Source: an uncultured bacterium
GTDB taxonomy: Bacteria; Bacteroidota; Ignavibacteria; Kapaibacteriales; UBA2268
NCBI GenBank assembly: GCA_942492935.1
Contig: OW818654.1
Location: 2,412,640 to 2,476,639, forward strand
Direction of reading: 5' to 3'
DNA: 64,000 nucleotides
How positions within the stretch are numbered: position 1 is the stretch's first letter; the number at the start of each line of letters is the position of its first letter. Shown piece by piece: positions 49,954-60,250 of this stretch. A program made the position numbers and the translations under genes. The notes under the pieces are model-generated. The model did no database searches. It was not told the DNA's origin and saw only the letters and a program-made list of their open reading frames with translations.

Positions 49954-51438
49954 ATGCTTAGTAAATTAAAATCACTTGCCGGCGATACTCTGATTTATGG
50001 TCTGTTTAGTATCATCGGCAGGTTTTTAACTTTTTTGCTGACACCATTTTATACTAATTATTTAGATATAAACAACCCCGCTAAACCAGAAAATGATTTT
50101 ATAATTTACATCTTCTCAATAATCGCATTCATTAATATTCTTTATTCTCTTGGCATGGAATCGGCATATTTTCGTTTTTACGAAAAAAATGATGTAGAGC
50201 GTTCAAAAGCAGTTTTTACACATTCATTTTTGTCAATTGCATCAATAAGTTTTTTATTTGCGATTGTAATAATATTATTTGCCGATACCATTGCACCAAT
50301 GATAACAAATCTACCAAATGCAAAATCTTTGCTTATTTTAACAGTATTTATTCCGGTTTTTGATGCTTTGGTACTTGTTCCTTATGCAAGATTGCGTATG
50401 ATTAGAAAAGCAAAAAGATTTGCAGTTACTAAATTTGTACAGATTTTGATTACTGTTTTTCTGAATATTATTCTTGTTTCGGTATTCAAAATGGGTGTTC
50501 TTGGAGTTATAATCTCATTCTATGTCGCTTCATTTGTGATTTTACTTATCTTTATTAAGGAGTTAAAAGATAATATTATTCTGAAATTTGATGAAAAACT
50601 TCTCTCGTCAATGTTTAAATTTGCTATGCCTACTTTGCCTGCGAGTTTTTCAGCTATTATCTTACAAGTTGCAGATAGACCAATATTGAAAGCAATGGCA
50701 ACAAATCCGTCAGACCTTGCTATCTATGGGGTAAATTATAAACTTGGGATTCCGATGATGATGCTCGTTTCGGTTTTCGAATACGCTTGGAAACCATTTT
50801 ACATGTCCAATCATAACGAACCAAATGCCCAAAAACTATATGCTCGTGTTTTTACTTACTTCACATTAGTTGCAGCAGTAGTATTTTTGGGGACTTCATT
50901 TTTTATGGAATTTGTAGTTCAAATGCCATTTGTGGGAGGAAGATTTATTAATTCTGATTTTTGGAGTGGAATGGGAATTATCCCAATTGTTTTAGGTGGA
51001 TATTATTTCAATGGTGCATTTACAAATTTTACAGCGGGCTTTTTAATTGAAAAGAAAACAGCATATTTACCAATTGCAGTAGGAAGTGCTGCTATAATAA
51101 ATGTGATTGTAAATATTCTATTAATTCCTTTTATTGGGTATTATGGTGCAGCTTATGCAACATTAATTGCCTATTTTGCAAGTGCAAGCATACTTTATTA
51201 TTTATCTCGCAAAGTCTATCCAATTGATTACGAATTCAAAAGAGTATCAATAATTATCGGGTTGACCTTGCTCATCTTCTTTGCAGTAAACATTTTCTTT
51301 GCTAATTTGGAACAAATTTGGGATTTCATTCTCAAATTAATCGCGATCTTACTTTTTGTTGTTCTATTGAAACTATCTGGTTTTTTCAACCAAGAAGAAA
51401 TGGATACAATAAAGAAATTAATAAAAAGAAGACGATAA
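49954..51438 (+). CDS. Polysaccharide or oligosaccharide flippase of the MOP (Wzx/MurJ-like) superfamily.
   Basis: 494 aa, 12-14 TM helices, basic C-terminal tail. No soluble domain. Confidence 0.55.
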   Translation: MLSKLKSLAGDTLIYGLFSIIGRFLTFLLTPFYTNYLDINNPAKPENDFIIYIFSIIAFINILYSLGMESAYFRFYEKNDVERSKAVFTHSFLSIASISFLFAIVIILFADTIAPMITNLPNAKSLLILTVFIPVFDALVLVPYARLRMIRKAKRFAVTKFVQILITVFLNIILVSVFKMGVLGVIISFYVASFVILLIFIKELKDNIILKFDEKLLSSMFKFAMPTLPASFSAIILQVADRPILKAMATNPSDLAIYGVNYKLGIPMMMLVSVFEYAWKPFYMSNHNEPNAQKLYARVFTYFTLVAAVVFLGTSFFMEFVVQMPFVGGRFINSDFWSGMGIIPIVLGGYYFNGAFTNFTAGFLIEKKTAYLPIAVGSAAIINVIVNILLIPFIGYYGAAYATLIAYFASASILYYLSRKVYPIDYEFKRVSIIIGLTLLIFFAVNIFFANLEQIWDFILKLIAILLFVVLLKLSGFFNQEEMDTIKKLIKRRR

Positions 51439-51510
51439 ATTTAATGTTAGTCTAATAATAAAAACAAACACAATAATTACTTTGGAAATGTCGGCAATTA
51501 TGAAGACAAT

Positions 51511-52515
51511 CTAAACTAACTCCGGGTAAATTTCTTTAATTTCATTTAAAACTAATTTCTTTGCAGAATTAATATCAGAATTAAAAATTCTTGCTCCAGC
51601 GGCATTAAAATGACCTCCGCCATTAAATTTAACCGCAATATCTCGTGCAGAAAAATCTCCTTTGGAACGAATAGACAACCGTATTTCATCTTTGTTTGTA
51701 ATTTCTGCCATTAATATGCCACAAACTACACCCTCAATTAACAAAGTTTTTTCAACAAAATTATCAATATCATCATCTTTGGAATATGTTTCAAAAATAT
51801 AATTTCTTGGAATTGACATTATACAAACTTTCCCACCAAAAAATAATTCCATACTACTCAATGCTTTTCCTAAAAGTTTAGTAGCATTAAATGAATTGCA
51901 ATTATATATTTTATCATAAATATTAAATGGGTCTGCACCATAATCAATCATTTTTGCAATTATTTGATGAACATAAGGTGTAGTTCTCGGAAAGCGGAAA
52001 CTACCTGTATCTGTCATTATAGCTGCGTAAAGATTTGTAGCAATCTCACTATTTAATTTGAAATTAGGGTCGCAATCGAAAAATTTATACATCAATTCTC
52101 CTGTTGAACTTGCCTCAATATCTGAACAATAAAAATCACAAAAAGATTCTGGGTCAATATGATGGTCAATCATAATTTTAGTAGCTTTTGAATTCAATAC
52201 AGCATTCTCCATAGACTTCAATCTACTACTGTCATTTAAATCCAACACAAAAATCACATCTGCATTTAATATTTCATCATCAAGTGATTCATTGTAAATT
52301 AAAATATCATCTGCTTTGGGTAAAAATTTCAGATTATCTGGAGTTGCAGAATTATTGATAACCTTAATACTTTTTTTATGTTCAATTCCATACAAATACA
52401 ATGAAAGTGCAGAACCAAGTGCGTCTGCATCAGGATTTGTATGAGTTGTAATTATAATATTATTTGCTTTTTCAAATATTTCGTGTGCTTGTAAAAGATT
52501 TTTTGTTAAGTCCAT
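51511..52515 (-). CDS. nrnA: DHH-family phosphoesterase (NrnA-like oligoribonuclease / pAp phosphatase).
   Basis: 334 aa. Motifs HTNPDADALGS, MIDHH and a DHHA1 C-terminal domain (GGGHFNAAG). Confidence 0.75.
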   Translation of the reverse strand: MDLTKNLLQAHEIFEKANNIIITTHTNPDADALGSALSLYLYGIEHKKSIKVINNSATPDNLKFLPKADDILIYNESLDDEILNADVIFVLDLNDSSRLKSMENAVLNSKATKIMIDHHIDPESFCDFYCSDIEASSTGELMYKFFDCDPNFKLNSEIATNLYAAIMTDTGSFRFPRTTPYVHQIIAKMIDYGADPFNIYDKIYNCNSFNATKLLGKALSSMELFFGGKVCIMSIPRNYIFETYSKDDDIDNFVEKTLLIEGVVCGILMAEITNKDEIRLSIRSKGDFSARDIAVKFNGGGHFNAAGARIFNSDINSAKKLVLNEIKEIYPELV

Positions 52516-52603
52516 TTCTTCATAATTTAAATTAATATTTCTATCAAAAAAATTTTTGATAGTCCAATCATAGTGTTAGTCAATAATTTTATTTTAATAT
52601 TTT

Positions 52604-53233
52604 TTAGTATTCCACAAATCCATTCAAAAAATCCTCCATAATCTTATAATTCTCATTAAATTGATTTCCAGATGTATAAGTCAAAAGTTGAATTGTGCCA
52701 TTTTCGTTTGAATAATAATATCCAAAGTATGTAAAGCTAATACCATTAATTGTACCAGTCATCTGCATCATAAATACTTTTATACCATTAACAAGTCTAT
52801 AATCTTCTTTGATAATTCTTAAATCAGGAGCTGCACTTTTGGCATTTTCATACGCAATTGATTTTAAATTTTCAATTGGAATTTGTAATTTTTCAGATAG
52901 AAACATACCATAAATTTCAGCACCCTTATTTTCAAATTGAAACTCAAATTCATCTGTATCTTTTCCTTTAGAAAAACTCCATTCTTTTGGATTTAACCAA
53001 ATTCCTATATTGAATTTGTTACTTTTTACTAAAAAAGTTTGATTCTTACTTTTCTCATACTTTATTGGATTGAAAACAATTTCATTATTTAAATTTACAT
53101 TTTGGTCAATGTAGCTCCATTTGCCATTATCATACAAAATAACCTCATCTCCTTTTTCTGTAACAGCTTTTATTTGAGATTTGAGAGTTAGAACAAATAT
53201 TTGTAAAAAGAATAACACAATAATCCATCTCAT
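52604..53233 (-). CDS. Hypothetical secreted protein. The probable start is Met at 53233 (MRWIIVLFFLQIFVLTLKSQ).
   Basis: Signal peptide. No recognisable motif. Confidence 0.4.
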   Translation of the reverse strand: MRWIIVLFFLQIFVLTLKSQIKAVTEKGDEVILYDNGKWSYIDQNVNLNNEIVFNPIKYEKSKNQTFLVKSNKFNIGIWLNPKEWSFSKGKDTDEFEFQFENKGAEIYGMFLSEKLQIPIENLKSIAYENAKSAAPDLRIIKEDYRLVNGIKVFMMQMTGTINGISFTYFGYYYSNENGTIQLLTYTSGNQFNENYKIMEDFLNGFVEY

Positions 53234-53359
53234 AATACCCTCCAAAAAATAAAAATATGTAATTAAATTAATTTTTATAATTGCAATATTTAATAATTCA
53301 TTCAAGCAAATTTAATAAAATAAATAATTATAATAAAACACAAAATTGGTTGATTGGCA

Positions 53360-54940
53360 TTAATAATTTTCATGAGCATAAAAAATAATATGATTACTTC
53401 TTCCTAAACCACAAATATGTTCTAATGTTGATTTAAATTTAGATAATGAATTTTCAGCTATAAAATTTGCTACCGGAAATACTCTTTCCTGTAAATTATC
53501 ATTCGGAAAAATTGTATTTTTTGCCATGAAATACTTTTTTATTGTATCTGAATTGTTACGTTTAATCGCTGTAATTGCTTTTTTTTCAAGAAATTCGATT
53601 TGTTCTTTTGCTTTTGCTTCTGCTGTTAAGCAAGATTGAACTAATTGTTTATCAAATTTAGCTATTTCTAAAGTTATATTTTGGAATATTTCTGATAAAT
53701 TATTCTTTGATTCTATTATAAACTCGCTAAATTTGTCATTTGTCATACTTTTAGCAAGTTCCTGCTCTATCAGATTAAAATTCCGATTGAAATAAAGTGG
53801 TTCAATTCCCAGATTTTCAAGGAATTTCGTAACTTTTTTATTGACAATAGTAGCGGAATGTCTTGCAATAATAACAGGCATTTCAACATTGAAATATTTG
53901 TACAGTTCAGTGATTTGTGCATTATAAGCAACTTCACCTTGTCCAGCAATATATGCAGCATTTGGAATCAGAAAGTCTTGAAAAATTGGTCTAAGCAACG
54001 CCTTAGGTGAATAATAGGAATAATCTGAAATAGTCAAATGAGAATCAATTTCATTTAAAAAATTTGTTCTAATATTATTTTGATGATAAAATAAATTCAA
54101 TTTAGAAGGTGAAACTTGCTGATGATAATTGTGATTAATTAATAATTGTGAAGTAGATTTTATAATATTATATGTTTCATCATAGTTTTTTATTTCTAAA
54201 TCTATTAGATTCTGAAAGATGCCAGTTTCATTTGCTGTATTTGCTGATACAAAAAGCAAACCATCATCAGCAAAAAAATGATTCAAAAATTCAACAAAAG
54301 CATAAGTCCAAGATTTACCGTTTGTATAGCATTTATTCAATAAATTAGTAATATCATCTTTATATCTGAAATTTTGTAAATCAATATTTATATTTTCGAT
54401 AACATTACTTATTGATTCATCGAAAATTTGCGATGCAGAAATAGATTTGTTAATTTCAAACTCACATTGATATTTTTTTATATTAAAGTTGAAATCATAA
54501 ATAAATGCAGTAGCGGCTTCCTCTTTATCGTGGTCGTTATCTTCTATCCAAAAAATTGGAATAAATTTATATTTTTCTTGCTTTTCAGTTAATTCTTTTG
54601 CTAATGAAATTGCAGATTGTATTTTCAAAAAAGTATAAAGTGGTCCACCAAGGAAACCAATTTGTTGCCCTGTAACAATTGCAATTGAATCACTATTTTC
54701 TAAATTCTTAATATTATTCTTCTGATTTTCTGATAATTCAATATCATAAAATGAATTTTCAATCACTTTTTTTAGAATTGTTCTATTTGGATTAGATGCA
54801 ATTTTATTTAAATACTCATCATTCATTAGTAATGAAGTATTTTTAAATTGAGTAGAAATATAATTTTCATTATTGATAAAATCAGTAAATAATTTGCTGA
54901 AATTCAGTTTTGGGTAATCTATAAATTCAATATTATTCAT
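53360..54940 (-). CDS. bshC: Bacillithiol biosynthesis cysteine-adding enzyme BshC.
   Basis: 526 aa. The segment IAIVTGQQIGFLGGPLYTFLKIQSAISLAKELTEKQEKYKFIPIFWIEDNDHD aligns with the B. subtilis BshC/YllA region VVGGQQAGLLTGPLYTIHKI...IPIFWVAGEDHD. Confidence 0.7.
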   Translation of the reverse strand: MNNIEFIDYPKLNFSKLFTDFINNENYISTQFKNTSLLMNDEYLNKIASNPNRTILKKVIENSFYDIELSENQKNNIKNLENSDSIAIVTGQQIGFLGGPLYTFLKIQSAISLAKELTEKQEKYKFIPIFWIEDNDHDKEEAATAFIYDFNFNIKKYQCEFEINKSISASQIFDESISNVIENINIDLQNFRYKDDITNLLNKCYTNGKSWTYAFVEFLNHFFADDGLLFVSANTANETGIFQNLIDLEIKNYDETYNIIKSTSQLLINHNYHQQVSPSKLNLFYHQNNIRTNFLNEIDSHLTISDYSYYSPKALLRPIFQDFLIPNAAYIAGQGEVAYNAQITELYKYFNVEMPVIIARHSATIVNKKVTKFLENLGIEPLYFNRNFNLIEQELAKSMTNDKFSEFIIESKNNLSEIFQNITLEIAKFDKQLVQSCLTAEAKAKEQIEFLEKKAITAIKRNNSDTIKKYFMAKNTIFPNDNLQERVFPVANFIAENSLSKFKSTLEHICGLGRSNHIIFYAHENY

Positions 54941-55529
54941 TATTATTTATTAAAAAGTTTAAAAATTCTCTGACTGCAATTGAACGATGACTAATTTTAT
55001 TCTTCTCATTATCATCTACTTCAGCAAAAGTTAATGAATATCCATCAGGAATGAAAATTGGGTCATATCCAAAACCATTATTGCCAATTTCATTATCAAT
55101 AATCTTTCCATTTACGAATCCATCAAAAAAGTAAGAATCATTTCCATCAAAATAGCATATCGTACATACAAATCTTGCACTCTTATCTGTTACATTTCTA
55201 AGATTGGCTAATAATTTATCACGATTAGATTTATCTGTTGCTGAGTTTCCACTATAACGAGCTGAACATATACCTGGTTCTGAATTTATTGAAAAAACTT
55301 CCAAACCAGAATCGTCAGAAAAGCAGGGAATTTTAAATTTTTCAAAAAATGCTTTTGCTTTAATAAGTGCATTTTCTTTGTAATTTTTACCATCTTCAAT
55401 TACATCGAGATTTTCGTCAGTTAATTTAAATGGAAATACTAATTCAATATCGGGCTTGCCATATTCTTTGAATAATTCGCTCATTTCAAAGCATTTATGT
55501 TTATTATTTGAAGCAAATAGTATTTTCAT
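54933..55529 (-). CDS. rdgB: Non-canonical purine NTP pyrophosphatase (RdgB/Ham1).
   Basis: 198 aa. N terminus MKILFASNNKHK and the motif GFGYDPIF. Confidence 0.85.
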   Translation of the reverse strand: MKILFASNNKHKCFEMSELFKEYGKPDIELVFPFKLTDENLDVIEDGKNYKENALIKAKAFFEKFKIPCFSDDSGLEVFSINSEPGICSARYSGNSATDKSNRDKLLANLRNVTDKSARFVCTICYFDGNDSYFFDGFVNGKIIDNEIGNNGFGYDPIFIPDGYSLTFAEVDDNEKNKISHRSIAVREFLNFLINNNE

Positions 55530-55530
55530 A

Positions 55531-56622
55531 TTAAAATCCAGCTTTTTTTAGTAATAATTGAACTGCTACAGTAGGTGTAATTTTCGCATCAAAAATATCT
55601 TTTTTTAGATTTGGAATTGCTTCTTGAACATCATTATTATGATAAAAATTCATTTTGATAGCTTCATCAAGCATCGAATACATCCAAGCTAATAATTGTT
55701 CTTTTCGTCTTGTTTCAAATATTCCGGAACTCATTGTATTTTTTTCGAAATCACATATTATTTTCCAAATATCATCAATTCCTTCATTGTTTAATGCTGA
55801 GCAAGTTGTAACTTGTGTTGTCCAACCTTCCGTGGCTTGAGTAAGTAAATGAACTGCATAGCTATAAGCTGATTTTGTAAGAGTTGCTCGCTCCTTATAA
55901 TTACCATCAGCTTTATTCACAACAAGACAGTCTGCAATTTCTACAACACCTTTTTTAATTCCTTGTAATTCATCACCGGAACCTGGAAGAAGTAAAAGCA
56001 TAAAGAAATCAACCATTGAACGAACAGTTATTTCACTTTGCCCCACTCCGATTGTTTCAATCAAAATTACATCAAATCCAGCTGCCTCGCATACAAGTAT
56101 CGTTTCTCTTGTTTTTTTTGCAACTCCACCAAGTGTACCTGCCGAAGGAGAAGGTCTTATAAAAGCATTTTCATTTCTTGATAATATTTCCATTCTTGTT
56201 TTATCACCAAGAATTGAACCGCCTGTAATTGTTGAACTTGGGTCAATAGCAAGAACAGCTACTCTTTTGCCAATACTACAAAGATAATTACCAAATGCCT
56301 CAATGAACGTACTCTTGCCTGCACCAGGAGGTCCAGTAATACCGATTCTAATGGATTTGCCAGTATAGGGCAGAAGTTGCTTCAGAACTTCCTGTGTCAA
56401 TTCTATATGATGAGGACTATTGCTTTCAACTAAAGTAATTGTTTTGGAAAGGACAGTAATATTCCTATCCAAAACTCCTTCAACATATTCAGAAATATTT
56501 AATTCTTTACGTTTAATTTTCTTTTCTTGTTTTTTTCCGGTAACTTTGACTCCTTTCATCACGAATGAGGTAAATTCTTTATTGTCCGGCTCAGCCCATT
56601 CTGGAGTAATCTTTTTAATCAT
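55531..56622 (-). CDS. meaB: Methylmalonyl-CoA mutase-associated G-protein MeaB/ArgK.
   Basis: 363 aa. P-loop GITGPPGAGKSTFIEAFG and the motif VNKADG. Confidence 0.8.
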   Translation of the reverse strand: MIKKITPEWAEPDNKEFTSFVMKGVKVTGKKQEKKIKRKELNISEYVEGVLDRNITVLSKTITLVESNSPHHIELTQEVLKQLLPYTGKSIRIGITGPPGAGKSTFIEAFGNYLCSIGKRVAVLAIDPSSTITGGSILGDKTRMEILSRNENAFIRPSPSAGTLGGVAKKTRETILVCEAAGFDVILIETIGVGQSEITVRSMVDFFMLLLLPGSGDELQGIKKGVVEIADCLVVNKADGNYKERATLTKSAYSYAVHLLTQATEGWTTQVTTCSALNNEGIDDIWKIICDFEKNTMSSGIFETRRKEQLLAWMYSMLDEAIKMNFYHNNDVQEAIPNLKKDIFDAKITPTVAVQLLLKKAGF

Positions 56623-57820
56623 ATAATAAATACTTTTCTCTTAATTTTTTAAATTCTTCAAGGCCTTTATTTGCAATTTTCATTACATTTGCTTCGCTTT
56701 TTCCATCAACAATTGCTTTTAATAATTCTTTATTCGCAGTAACTTTTTCAAACATCGATACTGAATTTTCTTTCAAATTAGTAAATAAATCAGGGAAATC
56801 TTGTCTTAAAGAATACAAAATTCTTACTGAATTAGTAAATGGTTCAAAATTTTGGTTGTGAAATTGAAAGAAAAATCCTCTAACGTCTTTACCATTATAC
56901 ATACCAAAAAATGGTCTATACATTGTTCTATGTAGGGAAACCCCTTTTAAATCAATGTTTTGAAGTAAACTATGTTGATGATTATGTATTATGCCTAAAT
57001 ATTGAAATGGGGAAGTAGTACCAATACCTATGCTTATTATTCCTAATTCACCAATAATTCCAAGGTTTGAGAGCCCTCTTACAGATTGAATTGTTGGCAC
57101 ATTTGGTGAAGTTGGGAACCAATATAAACCAGTTTGCTCCCAATTCATATTCCTTTTCCAACCTTGCATAGGAATCACATTTAAATTACATTTTTTGCTG
57201 TCTGGGAGCCAGTTTTCGTTGTTAATCATCAAAGCAAGTTCACCAAGAGTACAGCCATGTATATATGAAACTGGAATTATTGACACAAAACTAAGCAAAT
57301 TCTTATCAGCAACAGCTCCGTCAACAAAATTGCCACCAATTGGATTTGGCCTGTCTAAGATTATAATTTCTTTGTTTAATCTTAAAGCTGTATTCATAGT
57401 ATTATACATAGTACTTAAATAAGTATAAGAACGTACTCCTATATCTTGAATATCAACTACAATTACATCAATATTTGAAAATTTTTTCTCATCAGGATTG
57501 CGGCTTGAGCCATATAATGAATGAACAGGAATACCTTCGTAATCAGTATCTTCAACTTTGACACCTGCGGGAATTGTAGTGTATAAACCATGTTCAGGAG
57601 TAAGAAGTAATTCCAATTTACAACTACTTTGATTCAAAAAAGCATTTATTGACAAATTTCCATCTTTTGTTCTTCCTGAAAAATTTGTTAATAATGCTAC
57701 TCTTTTTCCTGATAATTGACGAAAATTATCCTCAATCAGCACATCAATTCCAAGTTTTACATTTGCAGCTAAAACTATGTTAGAAAATAGAATCAATAAT
57801 ACAAAAATGTTTCTTTTCAT
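56615..57820 (-). CDS. DUF1343-family protein (NamZ-like exo-beta-N-acetylmuramidase). The probable start is Met at 57820 (MKRNIFVLLILF).
   Basis: The N-terminal pattern LGIDVLIEDNFRQLSGKRVALLTNFSGRT...LLLTPEHG is typical of DUF1343 proteins. Confidence 0.55.
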   Translation of the reverse strand: MKRNIFVLLILFSNIVLAANVKLGIDVLIEDNFRQLSGKRVALLTNFSGRTKDGNLSINAFLNQSSCKLELLLTPEHGLYTTIPAGVKVEDTDYEGIPVHSLYGSSRNPDEKKFSNIDVIVVDIQDIGVRSYTYLSTMYNTMNTALRLNKEIIILDRPNPIGGNFVDGAVADKNLLSFVSIIPVSYIHGCTLGELALMINNENWLPDSKKCNLNVIPMQGWKRNMNWEQTGLYWFPTSPNVPTIQSVRGLSNLGIIGELGIISIGIGTTSPFQYLGIIHNHQHSLLQNIDLKGVSLHRTMYRPFFGMYNGKDVRGFFFQFHNQNFEPFTNSVRILYSLRQDFPDLFTNLKENSVSMFEKVTANKELLKAIVDGKSEANVMKIANKGLEEFKKLREKYLLYD

Positions 57821-57824
57821 AATG

Positions 57825-58979
57825 TTATTTATATGGATTTTTAATGTAACGTTCAGCTTTATCTCTACTACCATCAAAATCTTTCATTTTCAATAATTTC
57901 TGATATTGTTTAATAGCAAGTTGTCTTTTACCTTGCAAATCGTAAATGTTACCAATATATAAGTTCGTATTTACCATAAAACCGGTTGATTCCTTATCCA
58001 TTGTTCTTGCACCTTCATCAGCTTTGTAGAAGTATTTCAATGCTTCATCAAACTGTTTCTTCCTCATAAGAGCAACTCCAATATAATACATAGCTTCACG
58101 AGCAGTAACTCTATCATAACCATGTTTTTTATCCATACATTTCAATAATATATCTCGCCAAGTGCTTTCAAATAACGAAATATCTCCCATTCTCACATAA
58201 GAACGACCAAGATATCTATGAAAATATGGATTATTGGGGTAATCTTGAAATAATTCCTCAGCTAATTTTACTGTATTGTAAACGTCATTTTCAAAACTGT
58301 AATAAACTTGAAGAAGAACTACTTTTGCTTCAACTGCAGCATATCTGGCTTTTTTAGATGCCGCCAATAATTGTAGCAAACCAATTTTTTTATCACCACT
58401 TGGAAAAAGATACATAAATGGTTTTATGATAGGATATTTTTGAGGCAGAACATCAGCAAAATAATTATAAATACCTGTTCCAAGCATAATGTCATAATTA
58501 TTTGGTGCGGATTTAAAGCATTTTATCATTAAATCATAAGCAGTCGAACCATCAGAAGCAGATTTGAACCACTCTTCTTTTTGTGCATAAAACCTCGCTC
58601 TATATCCTAATGAACCTGCTTTAAAAAATAGAGCATTTAAATCTAAATCATTAGTATCAAGAATTTCATCGCAAACGTCAATAACTTTGTCAATTTTTTT
58701 CAAAAAACCTTTATCATAAACTGAGTATTCTCTCCATAGAGTGATTTTCCACCAATCAACCATAGCTGATAAAAAATGTCCTGCTGGATGGTCTGGATAC
58801 ATTTTAATTACTGACTGAAAACAAATTTGTGCTGAATCAAATTCAATATTATAAATATGATAAGTCCCTTTCCTAACCAAGCTATCAGCATCACTTTTTA
58901 ATATTCCCCATTGGGAAAAAGCAACACTTTGAGCAATTATTGCAATGAATATTATTAACAATAATTTTCTTTTTTTCAT
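57825..58979 (-). CDS. Secreted TPR-like repeat protein of unknown function.
   Basis: 384 aa. Signal peptide MKKRKLLLIIFIAIIAQSVAFSQ. Helical-repeat character. Confidence 0.45.
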   Translation of the reverse strand: MKKRKLLLIIFIAIIAQSVAFSQWGILKSDADSLVRKGTYHIYNIEFDSAQICFQSVIKMYPDHPAGHFLSAMVDWWKITLWREYSVYDKGFLKKIDKVIDVCDEILDTNDLDLNALFFKAGSLGYRARFYAQKEEWFKSASDGSTAYDLMIKCFKSAPNNYDIMLGTGIYNYFADVLPQKYPIIKPFMYLFPSGDKKIGLLQLLAASKKARYAAVEAKVVLLQVYYSFENDVYNTVKLAEELFQDYPNNPYFHRYLGRSYVRMGDISLFESTWRDILLKCMDKKHGYDRVTAREAMYYIGVALMRKKQFDEALKYFYKADEGARTMDKESTGFMVNTNLYIGNIYDLQGKRQLAIKQYQKLLKMKDFDGSRDKAERYIKNPYK

Positions 58980-59369
58980 TTAATTTTTCAAAAAATAATT
59001 AAACATTCTTAATTGACGTTTAAAACGTAACATTGTTAAATAATTATCAATATTTTTTTATTGTTTTTAACTTTTATGTTAAATTCAATTTTTTATAAGC
59101 AAAATTATATGGAATGATTATTTGTTATAAATGAAATTCTCTCTAAATCATCATCACTTTCGAATCTGAATGATTATAACAAATTATTCAATCCCTCTTG
59201 GATTTTCAATGATATTTTTTATTAATTAAGTTATTGCCAATATTCATTTAATCACATAATCTGAAAATGTACTTACAGATTATTGATTTGAGTATGGCTG
59301 AGTAATACCCTATTATGTATGTGTAGTAACAGAAACCATAATTTACGAACGCACTATTATTAGACTATA

Positions 59370-59870
59370 TCAAGCGTTATAAGTATTTTTGGGAAATTCA
59401 AAAAATCTTAATTTGCTATAATTTGGGTCAATATCTTCCCAATTATTTTGGATAAAATCAATGCAAACTAAACCGCAAGTTGGAATATTTTCAAAATATT
59501 TTCCACTTAAAAAAGTTGCAAGAGCAGTCATATCTGGATTATGTCCAAACAACATAACAGTATTGTAACTATTTTCCAATTTTTTTATAAAATTTATTAT
59601 AAAATTGGCTCCTCTATCATATATAAATTGTTCTTGTTGAATTTCATCAAAAGACTTATTTAATGCATCAGCAAAATAATCTGCGGTAGCAATAGCTCTT
59701 AATGCTGGACTTGAAATTATTTTATCTGGTATTATATTTTTTTCAACAAAAAGACGCGCCATCTTTACAGCATCTCTTTGACCTTTATCATTTAATGGTC
59801 TATCAAAATCATTTAAATTAGAATTACCATGATCTGATTTTGCGTGTCTAACTAATATCAATGTCTTCAT
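59370..59870 (-). CDS. sixA: Histidine phosphatase-family protein (SixA-like phosphohistidine phosphatase).
   Basis: 166 aa. N-terminal RHA motif (LILVRHAKSD) and a second catalytic His (GHNP). Confidence 0.75.
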   Translation of the reverse strand: MKTLILVRHAKSDHGNSNLNDFDRPLNDKGQRDAVKMARLFVEKNIIPDKIISSPALRAIATADYFADALNKSFDEIQQEQFIYDRGANFIINFIKKLENSYNTVMLFGHNPDMTALATFLSGKYFENIPTCGLVCIDFIQNNWEDIDPNYSKLRFFEFPKNTYNA

Positions 59871-60250
59871 TTTTTTACCAAAGTTATAATTTACAATTTT
59901 ATTAAATATTTGAAATTTTTAAAAAAAAATTATAAAGTCAAAAATATCAAAATATTATTCTTATCAATGACAAAATTACTTAAAATTCAATAAAAATCCA
60001 AAACTAATTATGATTATGTAATTTAAATTATTAAAACTTAAATTTGGACAAAAATATTAAATACAAAATAGAAATTTTTTGGAAAATTTAAATTTATTTT
60101 TTTTAAAACTTTGAAATGATTGGCTATCAATATAAATGACTGATATGTTACAAAATATTTTTAAAAAGTATTATGATAATTAATGAATAATTTGTATTTT
60201 TGTTTAGTTGTTATAAATTTATAAATTATTTGCGTAAGACGTGATTATAT

